DNA of 32,000 bases from Dickeya solani IPO 2222 (lineage in GTDB: Bacteria > Pseudomonadota > Gammaproteobacteria > Enterobacterales > Enterobacteriaceae), in the NCBI RefSeq assembly GCF_001644705.1, contig NZ_CP015137.1, positions 3,000,001 to 3,032,000 of the forward strand, in the 5' to 3' direction. Positions 25,564 through 32,000 of this stretch are shown piece after piece. The notes under the pieces were generated by a model. It was not told the DNA's origin and did not search any database. It saw nothing but the letters and a program-made list of their open reading frames with translations. How positions within the stretch are numbered: position 1 is the first letter of the stretch; every line of letters begins with the position of its first letter. The position numbers and the translations under genes were made by a program.

Positions 25564-25863
25564 TATCATTTATCCTGAATGTTGAACGTCATAAACATCA
25601 TACTATAAACGATAAAATAAAGCAGATACTATAAATTTGCTTGATGCTTGATTATCCATTTTTGTAAGTTTATATTTCTCGTTCTTGAACTGTTTTTATT
25701 TTTTGTTAATTGAATGGTATGTGAAAATAGAAAGCGCGATAAAAAGATAATTAATCTGGAAAATACGGCGACAATATTGACAGTAATATCGGAGAAATCC
25801 TGCGTTTTCCGCGCCATACTTACGAACGGATTCTGTTTGTTGACAATATCGGCAGGCAACTTA

Positions 25864-26082
25864 TTAAAAATCAAATAAACTTTGCAGTTGAATCTCCAAC
25901 CCGTCAGCAATCACCCCAATCACTTCCAGAGTCGGATTCCTAACGCCCCTCTCAATGCCGCTGATATAGGTGCGATCCAAACCGCACTTGTCGGCGAAGG
26001 CTTCCTGGGAGAGCCCTGCCTGTAAGCGAAGCGTTTTTACACGTTGCCCAAAACGGGCGGTGATATCTTTTGTATTTTTCAT
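25864..26082 (-). CDS. XRE-family HTH regulator of the restriction-modification controller (C-protein) type, copy 1
   Basis: ATG is at 26082. The core is LRLQAGLSQEAFADKCGLDRTYISGIERGVRNPTLEVI. Degenerate C-box-like sites lie upstream. Confidence 0.8.
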   Translation of the reverse strand: MKNTKDITARFGQRVKTLRLQAGLSQEAFADKCGLDRTYISGIERGVRNPTLEVIGVIADGLEIQLQSLFDF

Positions 26083-26105
26083 GCCGATAAGCATCATCCC
26101 ATGTT

Positions 26106-26131
26106 GCTTATCAGACCACGGACGATAAGTC
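26106..26131 (-). promoter_or_regulatory. Degenerate C-box pair upstream of regulator copy 1
   Basis: The minus strand reads GACTTATCGTC-CGTG-GTCTGATAAGC. It also overlaps the dyad GATAAGCA-N11-TGCTTATC (26086-26112). Confidence 0.45.
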
Positions 26132-26175
26132 ACATATAGACTACTTCGCCGATTTAATCGATAAAGGTTCAAAAA

Positions 26176-26406
26176 TCAGGCTGGATCATGGAATACGAAG
26201 AGCGTGGTGAGATCGGTATGCAATCCAGTCGCAAGAATATAGAGCACTTCAAGCGTTGGGTTTCTCACCCCTCGCTCAATGCCGCTGATGTAAGTTCGAT
26301 CCAGCCCGCACTTTTCAGCGAAAGCTTCCTGAGATAGTCCCGCCTGCAATCTGAGCGCTTTAACACGTTGTCCCAGCAGGATTTTAACCGAATCGGATGT
26401 TTTCAT
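26176..26406 (-). CDS. XRE-family HTH regulator of the C-protein type, copy 2
   Basis: MKTSDSVKILLGQRVKALRLQAGLSQEAFAEKCGLDRTYISGIERGVRNPTLEVL. The core is nearly identical to that of copy 1. Confidence 0.85.
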   Translation of the reverse strand: MKTSDSVKILLGQRVKALRLQAGLSQEAFAEKCGLDRTYISGIERGVRNPTLEVLYILATGLHTDLTTLFVFHDPA

Positions 26407-26428
26407 GGCATAAGCATTCTGTTTTGGT

Positions 26429-26454
26429 GCTTATAAGTCCACGGACTATTAGTC
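26429..26454 (-). promoter_or_regulatory. C-box pair (GACT-N3-AGTC, 4-bp spacer, GACT-N3-AAGC) upstream of regulator copy 2
   Basis: The minus strand reads GACTAATAGTC-CGTG-GACTTATAAGC, ending 22 nt before the ATG at 26406. This matches the operator layout I recall for C.PvuII and C.Esp1396I-type controller proteins. Confidence 0.6.
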
Positions 26455-26478
26455 ATAATTCGGGGTTCGTGTCACGAT

Positions 26479-26493
26479 GTGACTAATAGTCAC
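26479..26493. promoter_or_regulatory. Perfect 15-bp palindrome containing a third C-box, just upstream of the ner-like gene
   Basis: GTGACTAATAGTCAC lies at 26479-26493, 15-29 nt upstream of the ATG at 26508. It is an inverted copy of GACTATTAGTC at 26444-26454. Confidence 0.55.
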
Positions 26494-26507
26494 AATGAGG
26501 AGGGCGT

Positions 26508-26723
26508 ATGGAGCAACATGACCGGCATCCTGCGGATATCATTGCGGGTTTAAGGAAGCGGGGAACAACGCTGGCGGCGGTTTCGAGAGAAGCTGGGCTG
26601 GCTTCGTCTACGTTGGCAAATACGCTGGTGCGGCATTGGCCTAAAGGTGAGCGCTTGATCGCCAACGCGTTGAATAAACGGCCTGAAGAAATCTGGCCTT
26701 CGCGGTATCACGACCTCAAGTGA
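26508..26723 (+). CDS. Ner/Nlp (SfsB)-family DNA-binding protein
   Basis: HPADIIAGLRKRGTTLAAVSREAGLASSTLANTLVRHWPKGERLIANALNKRPEEIWPSRYH is collinear with E. coli Nlp and phage Mu Ner. GAGGAGGG lies upstream. Confidence 0.85.
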   Translation: MEQHDRHPADIIAGLRKRGTTLAAVSREAGLASSTLANTLVRHWPKGERLIANALNKRPEEIWPSRYHDLK

Positions 26724-26801
26724 GCACCGAGTGGGGAAGGGAAGTCAGAGTGAAGGTGACTTCCCTGATAAAAATGACGTCATTCGTCGTGGTAAGAGTT
26801 T

Positions 26802-27010
26802 TTAAAGTCCGGATGAGGTGTTAAGGCCGATTTTCAGGGGCCTGGCGGTATCACGAACGCCGACGCCGTTGAAGGCCGTTTCGCTGCTTTTTGACACCCG
26901 GCTTGTGCGCTTCGTAGACATAAGTGATCAGAAACATGCGGTGGCAGTCACGACAGCGAAATCTGTCATGGCCTTTAGGCTCTGACCATGGCGATAAACC
27001 TGCGCAGACT
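26802..27010 (-). pseudogene. IS1-family insA-like remnant (frameshifted and truncated)
   Basis: The minus-strand frames read ...GHDRFRCRDCHRMFLITYVYEAHKPGVKKQ and, after a shift, AFNGVGVRDTARPLKIGLNT. The zinc-finger N-terminus and insB are absent. Confidence 0.5.
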
Positions 27011-27061
27011 GATTAACAGTGACAATAAACATAATCACAACTAACTGATTAGGCGTTGACT

Positions 27062-27367
27062 ATGGCTGACGCGCATTCTACGCCAGACACCGCCGTTTTT
27101 AAAATCTCGCAGCATGAGCACTTTACCCATGTCGGGCATCATCCCGTTAAAGGCAATCATGATACGCCTGCCATCAACATAGCCGGGCAGTGGCTGAAGC
27201 TGCGTGTGATGCCTAGCTGCATTGTGATCACCGAGCAGGATATCCACGCACTGTGGCAAGACCTGCACGCACTGAGTATCGCCTCATTCGATGAACAGGC
27301 GGTGGCACAGTGGTTAAGAGGGTTTCCGGGTGGGCTTAATCTGGCAGGGATGGAGAACGGTCGGTAA
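27062..27367 (+). CDS. SymE-like (type I toxin, AbrB-fold family) protein, possibly degenerate
   Basis: MADAHS...PAINIAGQWL...VMPSCIVITEQ compares with E. coli SymE MTDTHS...PAITLKGQWL...VMEGCIVLTAQ, recalled from memory. About 12 residues of the core appear to be missing. Confidence 0.5.
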   Translation: MADAHSTPDTAVFKISQHEHFTHVGHHPVKGNHDTPAINIAGQWLKLRVMPSCIVITEQDIHALWQDLHALSIASFDEQAVAQWLRGFPGGLNLAGMENGR

Positions 27368-27396
27368 ATTACCGCCACTGAGCAGCAGATAAAATA

Positions 27397-27430
27397 AAGC
27401 CGGAAGGATCGTTAGGATCGCTTCCGGCTT
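27397..27430. terminator. Bidirectional rho-independent-type terminator between the symE-like gene and the rhs immunity gene
   Basis: AAGCCGGAAG (27397-27406) pairs with CTTCCGGCTT (27421-27430). It is flanked by an A-run upstream (AAAATAA) and GTTTCT downstream. Confidence 0.65.
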
Positions 27431-27438
27431 GTTTCTAA

Positions 27439-27846
27439 TTATAAATTATATTTAATCCATTTATCGTCATAGAAGCTGAATCTTTCTTTTTTATCAATAC
27501 GCCATTCATCTTCTTTAAATTGAAGGGTATAGCGAAACTTATTTTTGGCTTCAGTGTATTGCTGGGTTATAAAAACACATTTATTCTTATTTAACTCACT
27601 GCTTAATACTTCTTCATCTGGTGAGTATTCCGGTGGTTCACCACATGATAGCGATATTTGCCTGCCCTGTTTTCTTTCTTTTTTTGTGCAGAAGAGATCA
27701 TATATATCATCAAGTTCCTTTTTGGCTGCATCTTTATACGCAGTCATTCCTTCATTTCTGAATAATGGGTAATACTTCAACTCCCACTGATTCATTTGAA
27801 TGATAAATTCTTTTAGAACCTTTTCAGCTTTAGATAACTCAGTCAT
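27439..27846 (-). CDS. Rhs C-terminal-toxin immunity protein (RhsI)
   Basis: It starts 9 nt after the rhs stop codon, with AAGG overlapping that stop. It is AT-rich like the rhs tip. The 135-aa cytoplasmic protein has a position and size typical of a cognate immunity gene. Confidence 0.7.
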   Translation of the reverse strand: MTELSKAEKVLKEFIIQMNQWELKYYPLFRNEGMTAYKDAAKKELDDIYDLFCTKKERKQGRQISLSCGEPPEYSPDEEVLSSELNKNKCVFITQQYTEAKNKFRYTLQFKEDEWRIDKKERFSFYDDKWIKYNL

Positions 27847-27855
27847 AAAAATACC

Positions 27856-30800
27856 TTAGTTATTGAATATTCTACCAAAGACTTTCTGTCCATTTTGATA
27901 GACGTCATAGTAGATTTCTGTAGGTCGGGTTCCACCATTGCCATATTTAAAGGCCCATTCAATATCAACCGAACCATGCTGCCCGATATAATCTTTCACA
28001 ACCTTTTCAAAGTCTCTGTATTGTCCGCGGTTAATAGCAGGCAACTGCGGGAACACATTCCCTTTACCGCCTTGACCACCAAGCACATTGCCTAATATGT
28101 GTCCGGCATCATCGGTTTGATTACCTAATGAACGGGCGTAATCTCTGGAGCTTTGATTCGTTCCGGAACCCGTTCTAAGCTCGGCTTTCGATACGGTGGC
28201 TTTGGCTGATAATATTTCCCCGTTAGCGCCATGAGCTAACGTCGGGCACTTCGCCAACCCAAATGGGTCGACCCAGCACATGGGATTTGAGACATACCCG
28301 TAGTTACTCTCTCCCCCCGCTATCCCTATCGGGTCCGGCGACACATAGCACCCGCCGGCCGGGTCGTAGTACCGGAAGCGGTTATAGCACAGCCCGCTTT
28401 CGCTGTCACGGAGCTGCCCGGCGAAGGCCAGACCCGGGTCCGGACTTTCCGATTTTTCTGTCTGCCGCCGGCCCCACAGCGTGGCCTTCGGTGCCTGCCA
28501 GCGCAGGGTGCCGTCGTGCGCGAACAGTGCTTGCGGGGTACCGTTCTGGCTGCTGGTCACAAAATCCGTTTCCCAGTCGCCGCCGGTGTGCTGGCGCTGC
28601 TGCACCACCAGCTCCCAGCCGTTGTACACCCAGTGACGACGGGCCACGAGCTGGCCGTGGCGGTAGTGGCGGATTTCCGCTATCTGGTCTCCGTCCCACA
28701 GGTAGCGAATCTCTTCGGCTTTCTGGTCGCAGCGTTTACCCACCCGGCGGCCGAACGGGTCGTAACGGTACAGCCAGCGTTCGCCGGTCGGGGTATCCAC
28801 CACCCGCAGCTGGTTGCGGCTGTCCCAGCGGTACTGCCATACCTGGGGGCGGTAACCCGGCTGTACCACCTGTTTACGGATAAGCCGTCCGGCCCTGTCG
28901 TACTGGTAATGGGCGTCATCGCGCTGAACCAGTCTGCCAGACTGCCACTCGGTGAGGCGTCCTGCCTCCTGCGGCAGGCCGCTGCGGGTGTAGTGGTAAC
29001 GGGCGGTAGTGTCTACCGGTTTGCCCGCCCCGCCGCTCAGGATTTCCTGCACCCGACCGGTGGCGTCCAGACGATAACCTTCGGCATCGCGGTTGTGACG
29101 TACCCCGGTCAGGTTGCCGGCACCGTCGTAGCGGTATTCCCGCGTCTGCGCTGGTTGCAGGCGGCCGTCGTGCTGTGCGCCGCTCATTTCCCGCGTCAGC
29201 CAGCCCATCACGTCGTATTCCCGCTGCTGCACAAAGCCGCCGCCGGTGCGGAGCGACTCGCGGCCCGCCGCGTCCTGGGTCAGGGTCAGCTCGGCACCGT
29301 CCGGCAACTGCACCTGCCGCAGCTCGCCGGTGCGGGTGTAATGGAACAGACTGGTGAGCGGCGCGAGGGTGCCGGTGGTGTCATCGGCGTCGTCGTCCCA
29401 GGTCAGGGTGCGGGTGACGGTGCGGGCGTTGTCATCAACCTGGCGGGTGAGCAGCGTGCCGTTGTGCCATTCGCGCACCACCCGGTCGCGCAGGTCGTAT
29501 TCCAGCTGCACATGGGCGGTGGACGAAGAGACCTCGGTCAGGCGGCCCACCGCATCGTACCGGTAGTGCAGGGTGTCGTCCGGTGCGGTTTCACGCAGCA
29601 GCAGCCCGCGGGCGTCGTACAGAAAGTGGCGGGTGTCGCCTTCGCCGTTGTGCACGCGGATGCACAGGCCGTCCTCATCGTAGTCGTAGTGGGTCTCGGT
29701 GCCGGCCATGTCGCGCTCGCGGATGACCCGCCCGTCGGCGTCCAGCCACCACTGCCAGCGGCTGCCGTCCGGGGCAATAACCGTTGTCAGTTGCTGGCTC
29801 TCTTTATCGTACTCGTAGTGCCAGGTGCGGCCTTCGGCGTCGGTGCGCGCGGTCAGCAGGTCGAACGGCCCGAAGGTCTGACGCCACAACGCGCCGTTGC
29901 CGTCCACGTAGCTCAGCAGGTTGTTATGGCGGTCGTACTGGCGCTGCTCTTCCTTGTCATCCGGGCGTATCAACTGCTCCGGTAGCGTCCAACTGGCCCG
30001 GCGGTAGCCGAGCCGGAAACGGGCACCGTCCGCCCGTTGCCACTGCACCACCCGGTCCTGCCTGTCGTAGCGTAACTGCTGGGTACGGCTCTCGGCGTCA
30101 GTGGCGCTCAGCAGCCGCTGACGGTGGTCGTACTGCAACCGGGCCTGCGTGTCACCGGCGGCGTCGCTTACCTGGGTCAGCAGGCCGTAGCGGTTCCAGG
30201 TGAATCGTACCTCGCTGGCATCCGGACCGGTCAGCCGCTTCGGGTTACCCTCGGCGTCGTACACCCAGCCCCACTCGCGTCCCAGCGGGTCGGTGACGCC
30301 GCACAGCCGCTCGGCGGCGTCGTAGTCGTACTGCCACTGATGGCCGCTGGCGTCGGTAAAGGTGCTGACCCGCCCGGTATCGTCCAGATAGGTGAATTCG
30401 ACCACCCGCCCGGCGGGCGAGATTTCCCGCAGCAGGTTGCCAACCTCGTCGTACTCGTAGCGGGTGACGTGGCCGAGCGGGGATTTTTCCCAGCTCATCA
30501 GATGCAGGTCGTTGAAGCCGAATTCGCTGCGCTGGCCGAGGCCGTCGGTCATCACCACCCGGTCGGGCAGGTAGTCGAAACGGGCGGTCAGAAAACCGTC
30601 GGCGCAGGTGGTGTAGACGCAACGCCCCTGCGCGTCGTATTCGTAGCGCGCCCAGGTCTGGTCGTTGTCGTGCCAGCGGGTCAGCCGGTGGACGGCGTCG
30701 TACTCGTAATAGAGGTGATAGGCCTGGGTGGCGTCCGCTTCCACCAGTCGGCCCTGTTCGTCCTGGCGGTACTCGGCCAGCAACGTCTTCTGGCCGCCAT

Positions 30801-32000
30801 CGATGCGTTGTATCTGGTGAAGGTACTCGCCCTGCCACACCAGCAGCAGGGTGACGCCGTCGCTGTGGCGCACCTGGCGCAGGTAGCCTTTCGGGTCGCG
30901 CACCAGTTCGATGCGGTTGTCGTGGGTATCGTGAATGGCCGACAGCAACCGGCGCTCGCCCTGTATCACGCTAAAATCGCGCCAGGTCTGCTGGTCGCGG
31001 TGCCACAGGCTGAAGCCGTCGCCCCGGCGGTGCAGGGTAAATTCGGGGTAGTGCGGGCAGTACACCGCCTGCACGTCCTGATGGAAGATGAAATCGATGT
31101 CGTAGCCCTGCGCCAGCGTGATGACCACGTGGGTGTTGAGGCCGTCGCGCGTCACCGTCGCCACCTCGCTCCAGTTGTCGTGCCAGCCGTGGCCCAGCAG
31201 CCCGACATGCACGGAGGCGGAGCGGTAGGTCCGCTCGAACACCAGCGGCAGCGTCTGGCCCAGCGCGATATCGGTACGGGATTCAATCACCTCGCCGCTG
31301 GCGATATAGACCGGGTCTTTGAGGAAACCGCGCACCGCTTCCGTGACACGCGACAGTCCCCTGCTGTTGCGAAATCCGTCACTGGCGCAACTGACCGCCT
31401 CCCGCAGTCCTCTCAGCGTGGTTGCAGCACCCGCGCGCATCCCCCGCAGCACCGCCATCGGCCCACGGGTGAACAGTTTCCCCAGCCCCTTGAACATGCC
31501 GCGGCTGGGCGGCACCAGAAACTCCACCGCAATCAGCAGCGCTCGTTGCAGTGCGGTAAATTCTTCAGCAATCTCCAGATAGGTGCCCTGCCCGGAGCCG
31601 AAAAATACCGTCGAGGCGCCTTCCTTGAGGGTGGCGCCACACACGGTTTTATCGTCGATACGGGCGGCTGGCGCGTCGTTCACGAACACCGACTCGCTGC
31701 CCTGGGCAATCAGTTGCGGGCTGTTGTGCCGGGTGCAGGCCACGGTGTCCTGGGTGGCGCGGGCCACCGGCTGTTTTTCGACAAACACGTTGCCGGAGCC
31801 CGACGCCACCGGTCCGAATGATGGCGAGCCGCTGTCCACCATCGCCGACACCTTGCTGGACACCGTGTCTATCAGCCCGCCCAGCAGGCTGACCGCACCA
31901 AATCCGACCGCCAGTTTTACCGCCCCCACCACCAGCGCCGCGCCCATCCCGCCAGTCCCTATCACGGCAACGGCGATAGCGCCCGCCACCGCCGCGGCCA
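27856..32000 (-). CDS. rhs: Rhs-family polymorphic toxin (T6SS effector type); N-terminus beyond the window edge
   Basis: The frame is open to position 32000. It has N-terminal hydrophobic helices plus a PAAR-like segment (GSGNVFVEKQPVARA...VFVNDAPAARIDDKTVCG). Many YD repeats are present (YEYDAQGR, YDYDAAERL, YRYDGAGNL...). The demarcation motif PMCWVDPFGL is followed by a 132-aa tip carrying DDAGHILGNVLGG...NVFPQ...INRG. Confidence 0.95.
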   Translation of the reverse strand, partial: AAAVAGAIAVAVIGTGGMGAALVVGAVKLAVGFGAVSLLGGLIDTVSSKVSAMVDSGSPSFGPVASGSGNVFVEKQPVARATQDTVACTRHNSPQLIAQGSESVFVNDAPAARIDDKTVCGATLKEGASTVFFGSGQGTYLEIAEEFTALQRALLIAVEFLVPPSRGMFKGLGKLFTRGPMAVLRGMRAGAATTLRGLREAVSCASDGFRNSRGLSRVTEAVRGFLKDPVYIASGEVIESRTDIALGQTLPLVFERTYRSASVHVGLLGHGWHDNWSEVATVTRDGLNTHVVITLAQGYDIDFIFHQDVQAVYCPHYPEFTLHRRGDGFSLWHRDQQTWRDFSVIQGERRLLSAIHDTHDNRIELVRDPKGYLRQVRHSDGVTLLLVWQGEYLHQIQRIDGGQKTLLAEYRQDEQGRLVEADATQAYHLYYEYDAVHRLTRWHDNDQTWARYEYDAQGRCVYTTCADGFLTARFDYLPDRVVMTDGLGQRSEFGFNDLHLMSWEKSPLGHVTRYEYDEVGNLLREISPAGRVVEFTYLDDTGRVSTFTDASGHQWQYDYDAAERLCGVTDPLGREWGWVYDAEGNPKRLTGPDASEVRFTWNRYGLLTQVSDAAGDTQARLQYDHRQRLLSATDAESRTQQLRYDRQDRVVQWQRADGARFRLGYRRASWTLPEQLIRPDDKEEQRQYDRHNNLLSYVDGNGALWRQTFGPFDLLTARTDAEGRTWHYEYDKESQQLTTVIAPDGSRWQWWLDADGRVIRERDMAGTETHYDYDEDGLCIRVHNGEGDTRHFLYDARGLLLRETAPDDTLHYRYDAVGRLTEVSSSTAHVQLEYDLRDRVVREWHNGTLLTRQVDDNARTVTRTLTWDDDADDTTGTLAPLTSLFHYTRTGELRQVQLPDGAELTLTQDAAGRESLRTGGGFVQQREYDVMGWLTREMSGAQHDGRLQPAQTREYRYDGAGNLTGVRHNRDAEGYRLDATGRVQEILSGGAGKPVDTTARYHYTRSGLPQEAGRLTEWQSGRLVQRDDAHYQYDRAGRLIRKQVVQPGYRPQVWQYRWDSRNQLRVVDTPTGERWLYRYDPFGRRVGKRCDQKAEEIRYLWDGDQIAEIRHYRHGQLVARRHWVYNGWELVVQQRQHTGGDWETDFVTSSQNGTPQALFAHDGTLRWQAPKATLWGRRQTEKSESPDPGLAFAGQLRDSESGLCYNRFRYYDPAGGCYVSPDPIGIAGGESNYGYVSNPMCWVDPFGLAKCPTLAHGANGEILSAKATVSKAELRTGSGTNQSSRDYARSLGNQTDDAGHILGNVLGGQGGKGNVFPQLPAINRGQYRDFEKVVKDYIGQHGSVDIEWAFKYGNGGTRPTEIYYDVYQNGQKVFGRIFNN

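Noticed and set aside
25087-25910. ORFs overlapping or flanking hns (25087-25383 +, 25107-25457 -, 25422-25634 +, 25629-25910 -)
   Set aside because: They are out-of-frame or antisense overlaps with the strongly supported hns gene, or they lie in its AT-rich promoter. They have no motifs or ribosome-binding sites.
28516-31821. Very long plus-strand ORFs (28516-29985, 489 aa, and 30124-31821, 565 aa), with several shorter ones, lying antisense to rhs
   Set aside because: They lie entirely within the GC-rich rhs coding region on the opposite strand. Their composition is low-complexity and rich in Arg, Ala, Gly and Val. They have no ribosome-binding sites or recognisable motifs. These are typical shadow ORFs of high-GC genes.

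Overview
The gene content looks enterobacterial. My guess is a soft-rot Pectobacteriaceae or Dickeya-like chromosome, based on the iol cluster and an Rhs with an NS_2-type nuclease tip, but I cannot verify this without a search. The window has three parts. (1) 1 to ~9.6 kb is GC-rich core. It holds iolC (5' partial), iolE, iolB, mltB, and a LysR regulator divergent from an MFS transporter, an OSBS/N-acyl-amino-acid-racemase-type enolase and a Gate-domain membrane protein. It ends with a His-rich double zinc-ribbon protein that has an 18-bp tandem repeat upstream. (2) ~9.75 to ~28.25 kb is a mosaic, visibly lower-GC accessory island full of IS elements. In order it contains: an orphan amino-acid-type periplasmic binding protein; an IS3-family (IS407-like) element itself split by an IS110/IS1111-type element; and a very AT-rich block. 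That block holds a broken modification-dependent-type HNH endonuclease gene, a helical hypothetical protein, a 58-aa ORF, an orphan hcp and a zinc-ribbon/DUF4145-like protein. Next come an IS1202/ISNCY-like element and then a compact three-gene operon: a SUKH-1/SMI1-KNR4 protein, a membrane-embedded HNH nuclease and a tail-anchored coiled-coil protein. I do not recognise that operon as a named system and rank it the best candidate for something undescribed. After it come a frameshifted IS110 copy, an integrase fragment, an H-NS paralog, two tandem R-M-controller-like (C-protein) HTH genes with recognisable C-boxes divergent from a ner/nlp-like gene, an IS1 remnant and a SymE-like gene. (3) 27.4 to 32.0 kb holds an rhs gene whose N-terminus runs off the window. 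It has a transmembrane/PAAR-like N-terminal region, a YD-repeat core and an AT-richer C-terminal nuclease tip, followed by its small immunity gene. I saw no rRNA gene, tRNA gene or CRISPR array. All calls rest on reading the ORF translations and the DNA by eye. No database search was possible, and family assignments are motif-based recollections.
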